DNA of 63,929 nucleotides, filler included, from Rhabdomonas costata (lineage: Eukaryota): the NCBI GenBank assembly GCA_019059605.1. It is 29 parts of 29 records of this genome, joined end to end, with 100 filler letters (N's around TTAATTAATTAA, not from the genome) between each part and the next. Parts side by side here need not be neighbours in the genome. Positions count along the whole stretch, not along the records: positions 61,827 to 63,929 come from JAHMHO010005626.1; 28 more parts are not named here. One strand, 5' to 3'. A program made the position numbers and the translations under genes. Positions 61,848-63,929 of the stretch are shown here, piece after piece. Each line of letters opens with the position of its first letter. Positions within the stretch are counted from its first letter, which is position 1. The notes under the pieces were generated by a model. That model was not told the origin of the DNA. It ran no database searches and saw only the letters and a list, made by a program, of their open reading frames with translations.

Positions 61848-63785
61848 TTTATGGGAGAGAACTGCTTCACAATCCGTGCGACCTTGCCCCTGTACGTCGG
61901 GATCTCCCGGAGTTTGACCCAGCTGTAGGTCTGAAAAAGCAGTGCCACAGGAACACATGTTTGCCTCAGAAGTTCGTACTTCTACAACCGAGCCGACCGC
62001 GCTTCCGGCAAAAATCCGCACAACAAATATGAGCAAGCATGAACAAGACCCCGTACTGCCTTCAAACAATTTACGTTCCCTCTTTACTGCACGGAAAGCT
62101 CTCTTCGCTGTCAACCTTGGCGTGAAAATAGTGGCAGGTCAGCATTCCCAGCCAGATTCCCAGGGCGTTACAAACCAGGATGTCGACGACAAGCTGTTGC
62201 GCAAACAGAGCAAGGCCTCAAGGGTCATGAAAAAGTCAAGCACATTACCTTGGCCTTCCAGCAATGTGGAAGGTAAGGGTCGCGCACATGAACAAAATAA
62301 AAATTATCGCAAGTATGCTTACGAACTGAAAGCGAGGCTATGCAGAAACCACCAGGAAACAGCTGATGACGCAGAGATCTGGTGATGTGAAGATTTTCTC
62401 TCTTGAAAAGGAAAAAACATCATAGAAGACATCAGGAAGAACTACGGCAAAAACGCAAAGGAATCTCTGGGAATGTTGGGGAGGGGACGGGGGCAATACA
62501 TGGTCCCACCAACACTCCAGGTAGTTAGGCAGGGCGTGCTGAAAGGTGATCTCGACAAGCTCGAAAAGCACAGAGAGCATCCAGCAGATTCGGATGTTGC
62601 GAAGAACAATCGCTTTGCCCCAGTACCTAAGAGAAAACAAGCCTCGTTCGTTCAAACGTCAAACGGTAAACCACTTAAAAACCTGTATCACACTAACCAA
62701 TCGAAAAAATGCATAGGACCCTTGCTATCTCTGCGATCGGAAGACGAGTTTACAGCTGGCTCATCGGGAATATGAAGGCTGAATGATGCAGACTCCTTCT
62801 GAGCTCTCTTGTTGAGTATGAAATACCCTCTGAATAATGAACAAGTATGAATTCGAAATAGACTTCGCTTTATTGTCGTACGTTTTTTTAAGGTTCTGAA
62901 AAGTGCCACACGATTGCATGTGTGTGCGTTCATCTTCTCAACTCAGAAGTACCTCCATCCCACCAACAATGTTGTCGATTTACTGACAAAAAAGCGACGG
63001 CGCACACTGGGATGACCGGACTTTTTTGGTCAACGGTGAAACAGAACAGCAAGAGAAAAAGAGAGAAAGAACAGCAACCGAAAAAAACGACATTCAACAT
63101 TCACAACCCTGCGATATGGGCAATGATAAACTCGTCGTTGACAGTGTCCTGTAAACAGAAAAAGAAGAGTTGTCGTCCGATATATAATCCGTCGGGCGTC
63201 GGCGATAAATCAGGGTTTCTCTGATTCAAAAATAGAAAAAGAATTGCAACCACGGCACGGAAGAGAAACGAGAAGCAAAAGCAAACCTTAAATCAAGAGA
63301 AACCTGGTAGGTTCCCGAGCGGGGCTTGAAACGTGTGAAAACGAGAATGAAAAAGGATTGTATAGGGGCCAAAAAGAAACGACGGGTTCGAAAGAAAACA
63401 GTTTGGTTTGGGTGACTGGGACTGTGTATACGTTTGTGAAATGTATGTGGCAAACACGAAGTTTATCGGTTGAGGTAAAAATTCACCCCAATTCTGACAA
63501 ATTTTTCAGATTTTTTTGGACGTTCAAAAAAATCTTGACAGTTTGCTTTGCAGAATCTCTTAAATGGAATTTCTAAATTAAATTTTAGCTTGTACGCTTT
63601 AATTCTGTGAGCACACTTCAACGCATAAAGCAACGAAGAAAGTGGAGAAGTACCAAGACATTCGAAAACATGCACGGCTTCTCCGGCGTGAGCACCCGAC
63701 AATCCGACGCGTAGCTGCGCTCTGGCAATGGAGTGTTCAGGGAATTGTCAAAGAAGCCGAGCATCCATCGCATTGTGGAAACTGA
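61848..63785 (-). CDS. PSS: Phosphatidylserine synthase (base-exchange, PTDSS/PSS family), 5 exons
   Basis: Exons 63785-63654, 63148-63108, 62626-62500, 62193-62116 and 61930-61848, all GT-AG and in frame. Motifs LPERSYASDC, DEFIIAH, FELVEITFQHALPNYLECWWDH and DILVCNALGI. Confidence 0.96.
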
Positions 63786-63929
63786 CTGCAAGCAAAAAAA
63801 TGAAGGGGGGCGAACAAGCTCTTTGGGTTCAAATTCATACGATCTTGGCTGAGCATTCATGAACTGTGTTTCCAGAAGAGTGGTTGGGCGGTGTACTGAC
63901 GTGATTTTCGGGGTTGGCCTGTGCTAGAC

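Overview
This window is not one locus. It is 29 unrelated contigs of about 2.1 kb, joined by artificial 100-nt spacers (N44-TTAATTAATTAA-N44). The source is an intron-rich eukaryote, most likely a euglenid. That is an inference from a kinetoplastid-type class III adenylate cyclase, a WS/DGAT wax-ester synthase, TTAGGG repeats and dense spliceosomal introns. Contig ends carry a G/T-only (5') and A/C-only (3') signature typical of degenerate-primer whole-genome amplification. I reconstructed fragments of about 18 spliced genes by hand: UBE2T-like E2, HEAT-repeat protein, membrane receptor-like protein, CDK1/2, adenylate cyclase, mitochondrial carrier, PRP8, WS/DGAT, CDK11-like, Cys-rich repeat protein, HisD, DUF229, WWE, ankyrin, thioredoxin-fold, F-box-like, Zn-ADH/FDH and PS synthase. 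Family assignments rest on recalled motifs, not database searches. Four observations stand out. (1) A dispersed element, seen twice, carries a Dam-like N6-adenine methyltransferase followed by a conserved splice acceptor and a second unknown ORF, with no adjacent RNase H or tyrosine recombinase as in DIRS. (2) Intron 1 of a bacterial-type hisD has no GT-AG solution and fits both the euglenid non-conventional intron pattern and a GC-AG model shifted by 5 nt. (3) Weak GC donors are frequent. (4) An interstitial TTAGGG array is flanked by an 11-bp direct repeat.
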